A stretch of DNA of 64,000 bases from Podarcis liolepis (Eukaryota), in NCBI GenBank assembly GCA_965112155.1, contig OZ218103.1; one strand, given 5' to 3'. A model generated the notes under the pieces. The model worked only from the letters and a program-made list of their open reading frames with translations, was not told the DNA's origin and did not search any database. Positions within the stretch are counted from its first letter, which is position 1; every line of letters starts with the position of its first letter. This document shows, piece after piece, positions 25,401 to 38,543 of this stretch. The position numbers and the translations under genes are program-made.

Positions 25401-26164
25401 ACCCTCAAAGGAAACCCCCCCTATGAATAGCTCTGCCTGTTCAGACTTCCGTGGCGATGCAGCCCCCTGTCCTCACACTCCAGATCCGTGTTTCAAGCCA
25501 AGGCGGAGAAAAAACATGCCCCACAACAGCTCTGTGGTGTTGACGTTGGGGGCTTGACAACAACCCTGCGGTGTAGGAATACTCTCTGTGTAGGTGGGGT
25601 GTGATGCTGGAGCGCATGGCAGCAACACGACCCTGCAATATCATCGCAGGTTAGAGCTGGCGCTGAGACTGGTTTGGTTTTGCAGACCAAAATCCCACTC
25701 AATTCATACTATGGCTTATAGCTGTAGCGCTTATTTATTATATTTTTTAATTTTAAAAAAATCCCGCCTTTCTTCCACCGTGGGGGGTTTCCTTCTGGTC
25801 CCATTTCATCCAGGTACTGATCCAGACCCGGATCTCGGGCAGGATGGCTTCACAGATGCTCATTGCTCCTCTCTGGACTATGCTTCTGCATTACCTGCTT
25901 GGAGCACCAGGTGGCTGGTTCTGGATGGGGCCTTTCTCAGCTCGGTTGCATCACTTCCTTTTGGCTTTCTTCTGTGAGAGCGTGGAAGGCGAGGCTGTTT
26001 CTTCGTCCCTGTTCCGGCAAGGAGGCTCCTGTGCAGACGCCCCGAAGACCATTCTCTGCACGCATTTAAAAGGGCAGGAGGGAAGCGCCTTGGAGCCGCG
26101 ATCCATCTTTTCTTTTTCTTTTGCAAGGACTACCCCCCTGTCTCTCGCGGAGGCCGTCGGAAGC

Positions 26165-26178
26165 ATGGGAGTCACCTG
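26165..26178 (+). CDS. MED20: Mediator subunit 20, first coding exon segment (MGVTC split codon)
   Basis: agcATGGGAGTCACCTG|gtacgg, 14 coding nt; phase 2 joins T of the next exon to give Cys. Confidence 0.9.
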
Positions 26179-27339
26179 GTACGGCATTTTGACTCGGGTA
26201 TTGATTCATTTGCAAAATGCTGCCGCAGAGTTTGTAGCAGGTTGGTGGTGCTTGATGGGAGACGATCAGTAGCCGAAAAGACTTCGAAAAGAAGTTGGGG
26301 AAGGATAGGTTTTAGAACTGTAACGTGTGAACACGCGAACGGCGGGTTTTGTAGTAGAATTGGGTTACCGGCGCTTTAAAGACAAGGCGAGTCGAGATGC
26401 TCGTGAAGCAGCAGGAGGAGGAGGCAGGGTTGTTTAGATAGATGCAACTGCCGTTGAGAAGCCTTCAGCGGGGGGAGGGGGGTGTAAGTAGGTGACCTGG
26501 CTGTGTGAACGAATTGCGTGTCCCCGCAAACGGGGGGTTGTTGCAATAGCCGAGGCAGTTGCCTGATTATGAGAAAGGAGGAGATCGGTTTGTGACATTC
26601 AGGCTGAGAAGATGAAGGACGCAGAGAGTCAGGATCCTTGGGTGGATGCATTTGACATTAGAGGCTGGATGTAGGCAAGTATGCGCTTGCTGGTACCACC
26701 ACATCTTCACCGCACCCCTGCCCTGGATTCAGTAATAATAATTAATACCCTGCCCATCTAGCTAGGCTGCCCCATTAGTAACACATCCTCTAAACCTAGG
26801 TGGAAACTCAAGGCAGGAGATAAAAAGGGAGAAGACAATGGACAATGAAGTCTACCAAAGGGTCATCTGGGATCTGGTCAATTATTGCTGTTGACTTACC
26901 TTTAGATATATAAATTACAGATTTTTAGTATTTTATTTCAAGTCCACCTTTCTTCCAAGGTGGCAAGTGCTGCTTGTTAAAGTGGTAAACACAGTTCTCT
27001 TTCCCCATTTTATCCCCGTGAGAATCCAGAGAGTTCAGTATTACGGGCATAGCAATCCAAGCCTCCTTGAAGTTCTGGGGAACGGCTGAGCTGGATCCAG
27101 AAACAGCCCCACTGCCATCACATGACAGAATTGAGCCTGACTGCTGTGCTAGCTGCAGGCTGACACAGCAAGTTGCCCCCTTCTTTCCCCCACCAGCTTG
27201 AGGGGGACAGGCACTGGTTGTGGTTTGGATTGCACTCTAATTAATTTAAAATAGCTAGCCTTTCCACACTAGTTTACAGGAGAATGATGTAAAAATATAG
27301 ACAACAATAAAAAATATTTTTATACTACAATTAAAGTAT

Positions 27340-27377
27340 GTATCTGAAGAAGTGTGCATGCACACGAAAGCTCATAC
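27340..27377 (+). ncRNA. Minimal type I hammerhead ribozyme motif
   Basis: Stem I GTAT/ATAC; core CTGAAGA 27344-27350; stem II GTGTG-CATG-CACAC; GAAA 27366-27369; palindromic AGCT stem III; UC cleavage site at 27372-27373. Confidence 0.7.
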
Positions 27378-27465
27378 CAAGAACTAACTTAGTTGGTCTT
27401 TAAGGTGCTACTGGAAGGAATTTTTTTATTTTGACTATGGCAGACCAACACGGCTACCTATCTGT
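27340..27465 (+). mobile_element. Penelope-like element terminal-repeat fragment carrying a hammerhead motif
   Basis: ctgaagaa..cgaaagctc..ttggtctttaaggtgctac..ccaacacggctacc signature; 11-bp TSD aattaaagtat 27329-27339 / aattaaaatat 27466-27476. Confidence 0.75.
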
Positions 27466-28351
27466 AATTAAAATATACATATTGAAGTAGCTAGTTCCAC
27501 AACTGGGGGCTGCTGGGTTGTTGTTGATTCATTGCAGGGCCTTCTCAGTGGCAGCTTCCCACCTGTGAAATGCCCTCCCTCATTATTGACTTTTAGGAGG
27601 AATTTGAAAAGATTCCTCTTTATTGAGCTGATGGATGGCTGAAAGATACTGCTCCTGGAAATCCTGAAATCGTTAGCTGAGATCAGGCTACTGCTTTTAA
27701 ACTATTTTTAGAATGCTTATAAACTAGAACGTTTTTGACTTTTTAAAATTAATTTTCATGACAGTGTTTTTATGATACTATTGCTGCACTGGGCTTCTTT
27801 TAATGTAAGGGCAGGACCACTGGAGAGTTACAGTGCCGCATGTGGCCTTAGAGACCGATAAGGGAGAGACATGTTTTATTGCAGGTGGGGCAGATGAAAG
27901 CATCTGGCTTTGCCAGGGCACCATGGTGTTTCTTCTCTCTGCGTTCCTCCCAGTGGTACATAAACAAAAAACAAACCAAATGCAACACATCAGTCTCAAG
28001 AGCTAGTAAATATAAACAACAAGAGCATCCTTATGCTATCTAAGATGAAAAACTCTTTCAAATAAAACAGTTTTACCTTGGGACCAACATTAGTAAAAAA
28101 AGAGAGGTGTCAAGCAAATATTTATTCCTCAGCCTGGGCATGCCCATGAGAAGGTCTTGTCTACACTTCGAAGTTGGGGCTCTCAGATAGGACCATGGGT
28201 GATAATCTTAGTAAGTGGGCAGATTTGAAACAAAGAAAAAACACTGTGTATCTTATTTCTCTTCTAACAACCTAGACCAGCCATACAACATTTTTAAACT
28301 GGTAAAAATTGTGTCTATGCTAAATGTGTGTTTCTTCACTAGTACACTATT

Positions 28352-28353
<2 letters not shown>

Positions 28354-28385
<32 letters not shown>
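28354..28385. repeat. (GT)n microsatellite
   Basis: About 16 GT units. Confidence 0.95.
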
Positions 28386-28388
<3 letters not shown>

Positions 28389-29249
28389 TCTACCAGCCTT
28401 GACAACCAACTGCATAAATTATTGTCAATATGTTTAGTTTTGCACCTCATTGTCAGTGATATCCAGTGCATGGCACATTCAAGGTGTGTAGGAAAACATC
28501 TGAAACAAGCAGATTTTGTCTGGTCTACCTCACTCTCAGTCTCATTCAAATGCTTTATACAGCCTTGCAAATAACATCATAAAAATTATCAGGCCATAAA
28601 TGTTTACTCACACACTTGCAGTACCTCAGTTACTTGTGGCATATCAACACAGCCAGTGGGAGAACAGCAACTCTCTTCTAGTTTCCAGTCTGTCTTCCTA
28701 GTTGTAACTATTGCAAGTAACTATTAATAAGTCTGTATTTGTAGTTACAGAATGCTCTTGGTTATAAAGCAGATTCCACACAGTATGATAATTTTTGTGG
28801 CTTGAGTTAACACTCAACACTCTTCCATGTCAGTTTATCCTATATACATAAGTCCCCATTTATTAATTATTTGGGTTTTTGGAAGTGGCTTGAGATAAAT
28901 TATGTGATATTCTACAAAAACCAGGTATGTCTCCCACGCTATTGAAACTTAGATGGTAAGCCTCTCGGAGCAGACAATTTTTTGTGTTTATTTACTTGTT
29001 TATCACTGCCCATGAAACATCCCATTTAGCAATTAAAAATAGATATAATAACAAATTTGTCTTTACTACAATCTACTTTGCAAAGGGGTCATATGCACTG
29101 GTAGTGCTATGTTAATATTGAAAATAAATATGTTACAAACATGGGCTTCCTTGGGTAGCATATAAAGAACTAAAGTACATGGTGGCTGTGATTCTGATCA
29201 ATGAGGTTTGGGGGCCTTTTCGTTGTTGAAATCCTTTCTCCTGTATTAG

Positions 29250-29404
29250 TGTTTCCCAGATGCCAGTGACGGAGGGGAAGAGTGTCCAGCAAACAGTTGA
29301 AATTTTAACAAGAAAGCTTGAGCTACTTGGAGCAGAGAAACAGGGGACCTTTTGTGTAGACTGTGAAACGTACCACACTGCACCCTCCACAATGGGCAAT
29401 CAAG
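29250..29404 (+). CDS. MED20: MED20 coding exon 2
   Basis: tattag|TGTTTCC...AATCAAG|gtaagt, 155 nt; [44 protein letters not shown]. Confidence 0.95.
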
Positions 29405-32400
29405 GTAAGTGTTTAATTTCCTACAATTTATACCTCATAATAACTACAGCAGGTCAAACCGCCACTGTTCATTCTCTTCTTTATTTACCAAAAAGTAATT
29501 GAGCCCTTAACATGAGTGTACCCATTTTAGTGTTTATGCAAGCAGCAACAACCCACCCTCAAGAATCTTCCTATTTCCCCCCCAAGGATGGAAAAGCTTA
29601 ATTAATTCTCCTCTCACAAACCATGTTGCTGGTACAGTGCCCTTAACTGCATTTTCCTAAATAAATACATAAATCTAACACATTCAGAGGCTCTCCAACA
29701 GTTCTGGACTACACTGCAGGGGTGTCATACATTACTCTCCCCTCCTCCCCACCCACCCACTACCCCGCAAAAAGAAAAAAAAGTACGGCAGCACTGGAGT
29801 ACTTTGCAGGGCTGTAACTCATGCTTTCTCAAACACAGTATCTAGCCCCTGTAACATCGATATACTAATGATTGATTTTATTTGTATTTGTATTAGCAGG
29901 GTATTTAAATATATATATATATACACATACTCAGAAAAATATCAGTTTTGGCATTAAACTGAACCTGAGTCAGAAAGAACATGAAGTCCTGTCTTTGCTG
30001 CTAACTTTTGGAACCATCAGTTCTCTACTAAGGAATATGAGACATCACTTCCATATGAACCACTCTCTTCTCCATTGTAGGAATTTAGAGAGAAAAATTT
30101 AAAGTGGCCAAGGAAGTCTCTGGACAAGGAAGGAAGGACTTCCTGGGTAATTTTGAAATCGTTTGGGGGTCTTCTCTTCAAGTTGTATGAATCTAAATTT
30201 CTCTCTAGCACTCAGCGATCACAGTGGGTTCATATCTCACAAAGCAATGGCTTTGAATGGCCCCTGTACATTTTGCTTCATAATCTTTGTTCTAAAAGGG
30301 ATTGAGACTTACTTAAAAAATCTAAAATCTCAGAGTATACCCACCCTCCACTGGCTTTGGGCTGGTATAGATGCACCACTTTGCGCACACACACCCTTTT
30401 CAGCATCCTTGCTTGTTCCATTGACTGCAGCGGAAACAAAGTTCAGTGGACCTTTGTATCATTAGTCAGGATCCAACCCACTATAGCATCAAGCACTTTT
30501 AGCATCATCAGATAAACCCTGCAAGTAAGTCTTTGAAAGAAACTTTTACACAAAAACTTGTTGACAAATGAACATTTCAACAATGTTTGTGTCTTCCAAA
30601 TGACATTTGATTGATTCAAGGTTCCATTCATCTAAGCAAAACATATTTTACAAGCTATGTGATGCTTGTTAGACCTGAATTAAATTCATCTGGAAGATAA
30701 TTAGCAGAGCTGAGGTTTTACAGAGCCAGATTTCCTGAAGGAACTTGGAAACGTTCAGTGTATTCCTCATCACCGTGGAATATGGCTCAGGGAGTTTGCC
30801 GTTCTGGATTGCCAGCAAATGTTCTTTGCCACTTTTCTCATAAGTTAATTATTTTTCCCTCTAGGTGTCAGCAGTGTGCTTGGGCACCCATCCTTTTGCC
30901 TCAGGTTCATAAACATGGCTGGATCTATGATTGCTAGCATGGAGATACATATATTTCTGCAGTTCCTCAGTAGGGCTTGAATCAATGCCCTACTCCTGGC
31001 TTTCACTAAGCACATTAAAACTGTGGAGGAAAAACAGCAAAACACCACTAGAGCTGTACTGTAAGCATATCTGGGAGTAAGCCCTATTAAACCCAGTGAC
31101 AGTGAGCATCTGAATTAAAAATAGATCGGATTAGGCTGCCTGTATTACTACTAGTTTAATCTGGAGAGAAACCCTGCAGTGATTTTTTAAAGAGGTATTT
31201 CTAAAGCCTCATTTAGATTAGTTATAAAGATGCATCTTATTTGATATCCTAAAACAGTTGCAGCACAGGGGACAGTTACACCAGTTGCTAACACATCATT
31301 GTTCTTGTCTTTAAAAAAACAACCCCAGACCAACTTACGTTACAGACATTAAAATCAGGTATAAAAACAGAAGTCTAAAATCACATCCATTCCAAACATA
31401 TATAAAAGACAGGTCTATTACAACCCACACCACTCAAAACTAGAAAGAAATAGGCCACAAATATACCCCAAATCCTGCAAATTGTGGACCAAAAGCATCG
31501 TTTTTGCCTGGTACAATTCCCACTGGTACAGTAGGACCAACGTTTGCTATTACCAAATTGATCCATTGATCAGATCAGCTTAGTCCCTTCATTTTAAGGG
31601 GGATTGGCAAACTTTCTCTGGAGCGTAACAGAGATGCAGATCTTAGTGCTAATGTCTACTTGGGCATGGCTACAATGCAGGGCTAGCTAGTCTGTGGGCT
31701 GGATCCAGCCTAGCAAGCCGCAGGAAGTGGCTTCCCAGCCCCTACAACTTGGTCTTTGTCTCCCGATCTCAGCGCTGAGTTGGGGAGACAAAACATTCTA
31801 TGTGCTCCTTAGAGGTGACGTTGAGGGCAGCATTTCCCCCACCCCTCCCACTCCAGTGGTAGGGGAAGGATTGGAAGCACTGTATGTATTTTGTTCCTTA
31901 CCGAAGTACCTCTGAGTTCTAAAAGGCAGCATTTTCCCCTGCTGTCCCTGACCTACCAGAGGTGGACAGGGAAGAGTGAGCTCTCCTGGTACAGGACTTC
32001 TTCCTGTCCTCCTGCCCTAGGCCTAGGCCTGCCATACGTCCGGATCTTCCCTGGGTTTGTCCAAAAAAAGTTCAACAACTTTTGGGGTGTCCTGGTTTTT
32101 ACTTTTTGAAATGTGGCAACCCTATCCTGTCCCCAACCCTCTGGAGCTGACTTTGAAGGTGCATGAGGAGCCAGAGATCATGGAGGAGGAGACCAGAGAG
32201 GGAGAGGAAGCTCTATTGTGTGTGCAGAAGTCCATTGTGCCAATAGAGCTGCAACACTGGATACAATTCCATGTCTTGTTTTCATTGTGCTCTGTATAGT
32301 ACTGTGCCACAATAGATTAATTAGGCTTCTGAAGATTTTTGCAGTGACTGTTGTAGTTCAAATTATAGTCGAACCCCTTTTCTCTCCATCTTGCCAAAGA

Positions 32401-32704
32401 ATGTTGTTGAGTGTACTTTTGTAAGGAGGTTAAGCGGATGTGTATCTGAAGTATATACTCTAGAAAGAACAAATCCTCATTTATCTCAAGATCGTGGTTC
32501 TTTAAGTAAAATAACATTGATTGTGTTTTGCTAGCCTGGAAAAGCCATTCAGCGACCCGCGCGGCGTAGAGATTCTGTAACAGCCCCAGTGGTTGTCAAG
32601 CAGCAAAGAGACAAAGGAAAATGTAACAGATGTTTCATTTTAAAGCATCTTAAGAGGGAAGGAATAACAACCTTGAAGTGAAAGTAATGCTGCTCTTGTT
32701 TCAG

Positions 32705-32958
32705 GGCAGGCTGCCAAGCTGATGTATGTGATGCACAATTCCGAATATCCCCTCAGCTGCTTCGCTCTCTTTGAAAATGGTCCTTGCCTCATAGCGGATG
32801 CCAACTTTGACGTGCTTATGGTGAAGCTGAAAGGCTTCTTTCAGAATGCCAAAGGGAACAAGATAGAGAGCCGGGGAACCCGGTACCAATACTGTGATTT
32901 CTTGGTGAAGATTGGCACTGTTACCATGGGGCCCAGCGCCCGTGGTATATCAGTGGAG
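32705..32958 (+). CDS. MED20: MED20 coding exon 3
   Basis: tttcag|GGCAGG...GTGGAG|gtaagg, 254 nt; [32 protein letters not shown]...[25 protein letters not shown]. Confidence 0.96.
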
Positions 32959-33007
32959 GTAAGGATGCTCCTCAAACAGGGGGGAAGTCAGCATATGAAG
33001 TAATATA

Positions 33008-33669
33008 CCGTATTTTTCGCTCTATAGGACGCACTTTCCCCCCTCCAAAAATGAAGGGGAAATGTGTGTGCGTCCTATGGAGCGGATGCAGGCTTTCGCT
33101 GAAGCCTGGAGAGCGAGAGGGGTCGGTGTGCACCGACCCCTCTTGCTCTCCAGGCTTCAGGAAGCTATCCACAAGCCTTGGGAGCTCGGCGGGAGTGCCC
33201 GCTGGGCTCCCAAGGCTTGCGGATAGCAGCCTCCAAATCCGACTTGGTTTGGAGGCTGGTGGTGGGGAAAGCAGCACTTCTCCCCACTGCCAGCCCCACA
33301 AGCTCGGGGGACAGCGGGGAGGTGGAGTGCCACCTTCCCACTGTTCCCCGACCTGGTTTGGAGGGTGGCGATGTGGAGAAGCGCTGCTTTCCTCACCGCC
33401 AGCCCCACAAGCTGGGGGGACAGCGGGAAGGCGGCGCTCCTCCTCCGCTGTTCCCCGACCTGGTCTTTGGGGCTGGCAGTGGGGGAAAGCAGCAATCCCC
33501 CTCCCCGCCAGCCCCAAAGAGCAGGTCGAAAGGAACCCAAAGCCTCCAGAGCCCAGCGGGAGTTCCGAAGGCTTCGGGTGAACGCACCTTGAACGCACAG
33601 AACGCACCTTGGCTTAGAGGATCCGGTGCATCCTATGGTCCGGTGCGTCCAATAGAGTGAAAAATACGG
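33008..33669. mobile_element. Tc1/mariner-type MITE (CCGTATTTTT TIR) in MED20 intron 3
   Basis: TIRs ccgtatttttcgctctataggacgcac / gtgcgtccaatagagtgaaaaatacgg; TA TSDs at 33006-07 and 33670-71; GC-rich hairpin interior. Confidence 0.85.
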
Positions 33670-34644
33670 TATTACACAGCTCCAGCTCAGTACAGGTATA
33701 GCTAACAGTTTACTGAATCAGGAAACATATCTAATAAGTATCTAGGAGGTGAGACGGTCTTTGTGGGCCTTTGGTGGTGTGGACTGCATGCTAACTGGGG
33801 CTCTTGGGAGCTGGAGTCAAACAACATCTGGAGTGCCACAGGTTCCCCAGGCCTTCCATAGGACATAACAGTACCTGGCTTCTCCCCTCAGAGCATGCAG
33901 CTGGGTGTGCACACAGGCAGGGCACCAGGGTGGTCCAGGGTTCATGATACCTACACAGACCCTTCCCATATCCCTGTCCAGACCCCCACCCCACCCAACT
34001 TTTGTTAAGTGGTTGTATCTCAAAAAGGGAATTGCTAAGTTGTACTCATTTTTTTCTCCACACATGCTGAGAAGCCTGTCTTTCCCTTCATGATCTTTTA
34101 TCGCTATGCAAAGCCGTGACTATTTCAACCTGAGGGTTCACATGATGGTTGATTTGCTTGGCACACAGGCTTTAAAAGAAGTGATCCCGTTACAGTGAGC
34201 TTACTAAGCACCATTTGTAGCACATTAGCTGTGTAACTGTTCTCCATAGAGTGCTTTGTAGGCTTTGTATAACATGGGCTTTTTAGGGGGCGAATATATG
34301 CCTAGTTCATGATGAATGGATGGATGGATGGGCAATTCTTAGCGGAGCAGATTCAGACAGCTGACAGCTCAAAGTCACTGAGCTGTTTCAGTTGAGGGAA
34401 AGCCTGGTGTCAGTGGGGTGACATCCTTGGGCAGTTGTCAGTGCCCGAGCAGAGTCCACTGCTGCTTTTCCTCAAGACGTTTTAAAAAGCTAATGCATAC
34501 CAGTGCTATCTTGGAGTTTATGGCAGTGCCCCAGAAGTTGAGTGGTCTTGGAGCAGTGTAATGGTGTGTGTGTGTTGGTGGCTGTTTTTACACTGCTAGA
34601 TTCAGACTTTGCCATTTCTATCTCTGATGCCATTAGGGGCTATC

Positions 34645-35055
34645 ACTGGGGCAAATGGAGCAAGGCGCCATCAATATGCTCAGCTCTCGTTGTCCATAGC
34701 ATTAAAAGCAAGAGGCAGTGAAGATCCTGGGCCAGTGTCTGGATGCAATGGTGGGCTGAATGAGAGGGCATAAGATGAGCCTGAATCCTGGCAAGAAAGA
34801 GGCTCTGTGGGCGAGTGGTTTTTGTGTCTGAGAAGCTGGTCCATTGCCTGCTACAGATGGGGTTGCGCTCCCTCTGAAGGAAAAAAACAATCCTGCACTG
34901 GGTCATCTTGGTAACTTCAAGGCTGCCCTACTTGAATATACTCTACATGGAGTTTCCCTTGTGCTTGGTCCAGAAACTGCCATTAACGCAGAATGCTACA
35001 ACAGAATTGTTGACAGGAGAGTCTCTTGGCATATTACACCTGTGCTCAAAGTGTA
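34645..35055 (+). mobile_element. L2-type LINE internal/3' fragment (decayed)
   Basis: Degenerate HQYA..QL, LNPGK.E, DGVALPLKE and HITPVLK motifs of L2 ORF2. Confidence 0.6.
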
Positions 35056-36467
35056 ATCCATTTGTTAGAATGGAGGTTGTGTTACTAATTGAACTTTGGC
35101 TCGGCAATCCAGACAGTTAGGTCTTTTAATTTCAACAATTTTTTAAAAGTATTTTCAAAGACCTAATGTTTACAGATGAAACCTTTTCCTGTGAACAGGA
35201 TGTGCTGTCTTTGGTTCTGAACTAATCAAAATGCATTTGAGAGGGTGTGATTCACAAATTAAATTTGAGTTGTTTATGCCGATTTATGGGCATGGTTTTG
35301 ATTTTTAAACAAGGCTAGTCCAATGCCTATGGAGAACTGAATGGGTAGTGGTTAGCAAGCTCTGAACATAGACCTACGTACACAAACCTACACAAAGCTT
35401 TTCTTTTGGATATGTAGCGTTAAACCTTTGTTGTGCAATGAATGCCAATTAAAACAAATGACAAGGTGGCCTTGATGATCTCAGCCAAAGGCATGATCCA
35501 GTGATCAGAACCAAAGGCATATGCTGGAAAAGCTGAGACTTTCATTTTGCTACCTAGTACTTATTTGCTGTGTCACTTTGTCAATTACCTAGGCATTGTA
35601 GCTATACTGCATAAATATTACTTCCACCTCTGGGTTCAGTAATTGTCTCTAATCAGCTGAGAGCTGTGTCTCCATCTGCTGAGGATGAACAGTAAAATCC
35701 TAGAGGGAGGTAACTTGACTGGCAATTCCTCCGCTTTGGAACCGTTTCTCCCCACTCCCGAGAGGTTTGCCAAAGCCTGGATTTGATCAGAATCCAGAAT
35801 TAATACAACATTTGTGACATGAGCAAACGTTTTGCGACTTTGGCTAATTTTAGTCTTACGCTTATTTATAATAAAAAAAAAAATGCTATGAGTCAGAAAG
35901 AAGGGGGTTGCTTTATAATATTCACACTTCCAGTATTCTGGACTCCACCCCAAAAAGGCACTGAATTTGCCCTTGCTTTTGGCATTTATTCTAATCTTGC
36001 AGGGATAAGCCCATGCAAGCTTAAGGGTTGTAGCCACTGCTGCATGACCAGAGTTCTGTTTGCACAGTGGGAGTTCCCTTTCCTCACACTATGCGATTCC
36101 AAAATCTATTCTGGAGCGCCCCGCAACTATATGGAGCAGATTTTGAGGGTACATGGGGGTGGGGGCTGCAACGGAGAGGACATTTCCATAGTACAAATGA
36201 AAATCTGCTGCTTGAACGAAACAGCAATGTTTGATACAATCCTAAATAGAGCTTGAGCTCGAGAGTGTCTGCTTGAAAGTTTTCAAGCGCCTCAGGATTT
36301 GCACGATCTCCTTTAACCCCCAGCAATCTTTCTTGCAAAGAACGGGTGAGCCTCTCCACTGCTACTAAACATTATGCTTTTTGAGAGGTTGGGATGGAAT
36401 CGTAACTGCCCGCTGGAGAGTTCTTGTTGGCTGCTGGCTGCTTCAGAGCTTTTGTTTCTGTTGCCAG

Positions 36468-36683
36468 GTGGAATACTGTCCGTGTGTGGTAGCCAACGAC
36501 TGCTGGAACCTGTTAATGGAGTTCATGCAAAGCTTCATGGGAAGCCACGCTCCCGGAATCCCTTCTGTGTTTGGCAATAAGCACGACAGCATCTACAGCT
36601 CGGCCGACACAATGGTCCAGTACATGGAACTCTTCAACAAGATTCGCAAGCAGCAGCAGGGGCCTGTCGCAGGAATCAGATGA
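36468..36683 (+). CDS. MED20: MED20 last coding exon
   Basis: gccag|GTGGAATAC; VEYCPCVVANDCWNLLMEFMQSFMG...DTMVQYMELFNKIRKQQQGPVAGIR*; total CDS 639 nt = 212 aa. Confidence 0.96.
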   Translation: MEYCPCVVANDCWNLLMEFMQSFMGSHAPGIPSVFGNKHDSIYSSADTMVQYMELFNKIRKQQQGPVAGIR

Positions 36684-37291
36684 GGAAAGCTTCGTAAGGC
36701 CTTCTTTCACGGGAGCAATCAGTTTGCTGAATAGTCAGTTGAAATTGCAGCTCCATCCCAGTAGTCCAGATCGCAATTGTTTCCCATTAAATCAATGCAG
36801 TCTGTCTCCCTAAGAGAGGTAGAATTAATTCTGTCTCATCTCAAACCTCCAGGGGTATGCCTCTCTTATAATAATGGCATACTTTGCCTTAGACTGCTCA
36901 GAGATCTGCCTCCCGCTCTTGAAGCAAGATTCCTGCCCCTGAGTGGAAACTGGAGGAAAACAATCATCTTGAAGGAGCACAGGTTGAAATTGCATATAAA
37001 CAGGAGAATGGGCTTTGGGGGTCCTTGATTTCCTTGACTGGCTACGAGTGAACATGAAATTTCTATGAGAGTGAAAATATGTTAATATGGCTTTTATTAA
37101 AGGAACTTTAATTTTGCATATTAATGTTGTAGATGTTATCTATTTTATAGATTTTATCCTATAATTTGTGGGAGATTTATATTTTGGGTTGAAACGTAAT
37201 ATCTCGTTGAAGCAAGCAAGATAAATTATCTGTTGGCTTATCTGTGTTTAAGTTATTGGCATCTTACTATCTTCAAAAAGCATTTGAGAGG

Positions 37292-37297
37292 AATAAA
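37292..37297 (+). terminator. Probable MED20 polyadenylation signal
   Basis: AATAAA after an AT-rich 3'UTR, about 610 nt past the stop; an alternative ATTAAA lies near 37096. Confidence 0.5.
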
Positions 37298-38541
37298 ATG
37301 TTTGGGCTTTAGGTTCATTTCACTGAAGTCTTAGGACTTAATTCCTCTGCCTTCTTGACTAATGTTTTCTGCTGGAACAGATAAAAGCCCTGACAGTGCA
37401 AAACTTGTACAGAGCAAGAATTCAGTCAAAATCACTAAGGCATCATTATCTTTTGAAGACAATATAAAAAAAATGCACAACATTTTCACCTTATTGTATT
37501 TGTGTTTTAAAACTTGTTATGTTTTGTTACTTCTACAGTTTGTTGTGTTTACTGCATTTAAAGCTTCCCAAATTAAAAAAACAAACACAAAACTAATCTA
37601 GGACCCTCTCTTCTTTATTAACTGAGTCCAAATCTTGATAAAGAATTTGGATTGGCTGTGTAAACCTCCTTCCCCCCTAGCCTTACAATTGCCTCCCCCT
37701 TCACCCTGACCTATTTGTGTATGAGCCTGGTATTGTGCTATTCTGTGTAGTAGCAACAGGCTGTAGGCTTCAGCCCCAGGATCCTTGTAATAGTGTGCAG
37801 GTAAGGAAACTCTGTACCTGTGCTCCAGTAATGGAAATTTGTGCCACCATTGTGCTGAGATAGCAATACATTTGGTACTGTTGGGCTGGTGCTGTTGAAA
37901 CCACTACACAGCGTATAACTATTGTGCATGGCAGTTGAGGAGGGAGCAGAAGGCAGAGGTAGGAGTTATTTGTGGCAAATAAGTGGTTATCATAAGGACT
38001 ATGGGAGCATTTCTGCCCGTTAACATTGACATGCTTGCCCTGAAATGTATTGAAGGGGAAGCGGAGTATTTGGGGGGGGGGGAGGATATTTTGCTTTAAT
38101 TTTTGTAGGGAGCATAGAGCCAGTCGGAATACCAACCACCCTTGATGATCCAAAACATTTTGATGAAAAAGGGATGTGCCTTGTGTAAGTGCAGGCAGTT
38201 TTGGTTCACAGATCACTCTAAGCCCAAACATGGCTTAGTGCAAATATGCAGTCTCCCAGAGAGGAGGTGACAGCCATTTTGCCTTAGCTTAGTGTGGCAT
38301 GGAAGTAAAAAAGACCTGAGGAGGAGCCCAGTCTGTTTTCTGTACCTGTGGTCATGGTTTAGCTCTGCCTGACTAGCCACAATCTGTAAACCAAGAACAA
38401 ACCTTGGATAGAGCTCATGATTAGTGAGGAGTACGCTTTACTACAAGCTTGAGTTCAGATGATGCAGTAAGTCAAACCTTGGCCTAACTCGGTGCAGCTT
38501 GAGAGTAAAAGAGACTGGGGAGGAGAAAAGCAGCTATGAGG

Positions 38542-38543
<2 letters not shown>

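Noticed and set aside
32972-33660. Several overlapping 127-211 aa ORFs on both strands
   Set aside because: All lie in a GC-rich hairpin/tandem-repeat MITE interior; no transposase DDE/D or HTH motif
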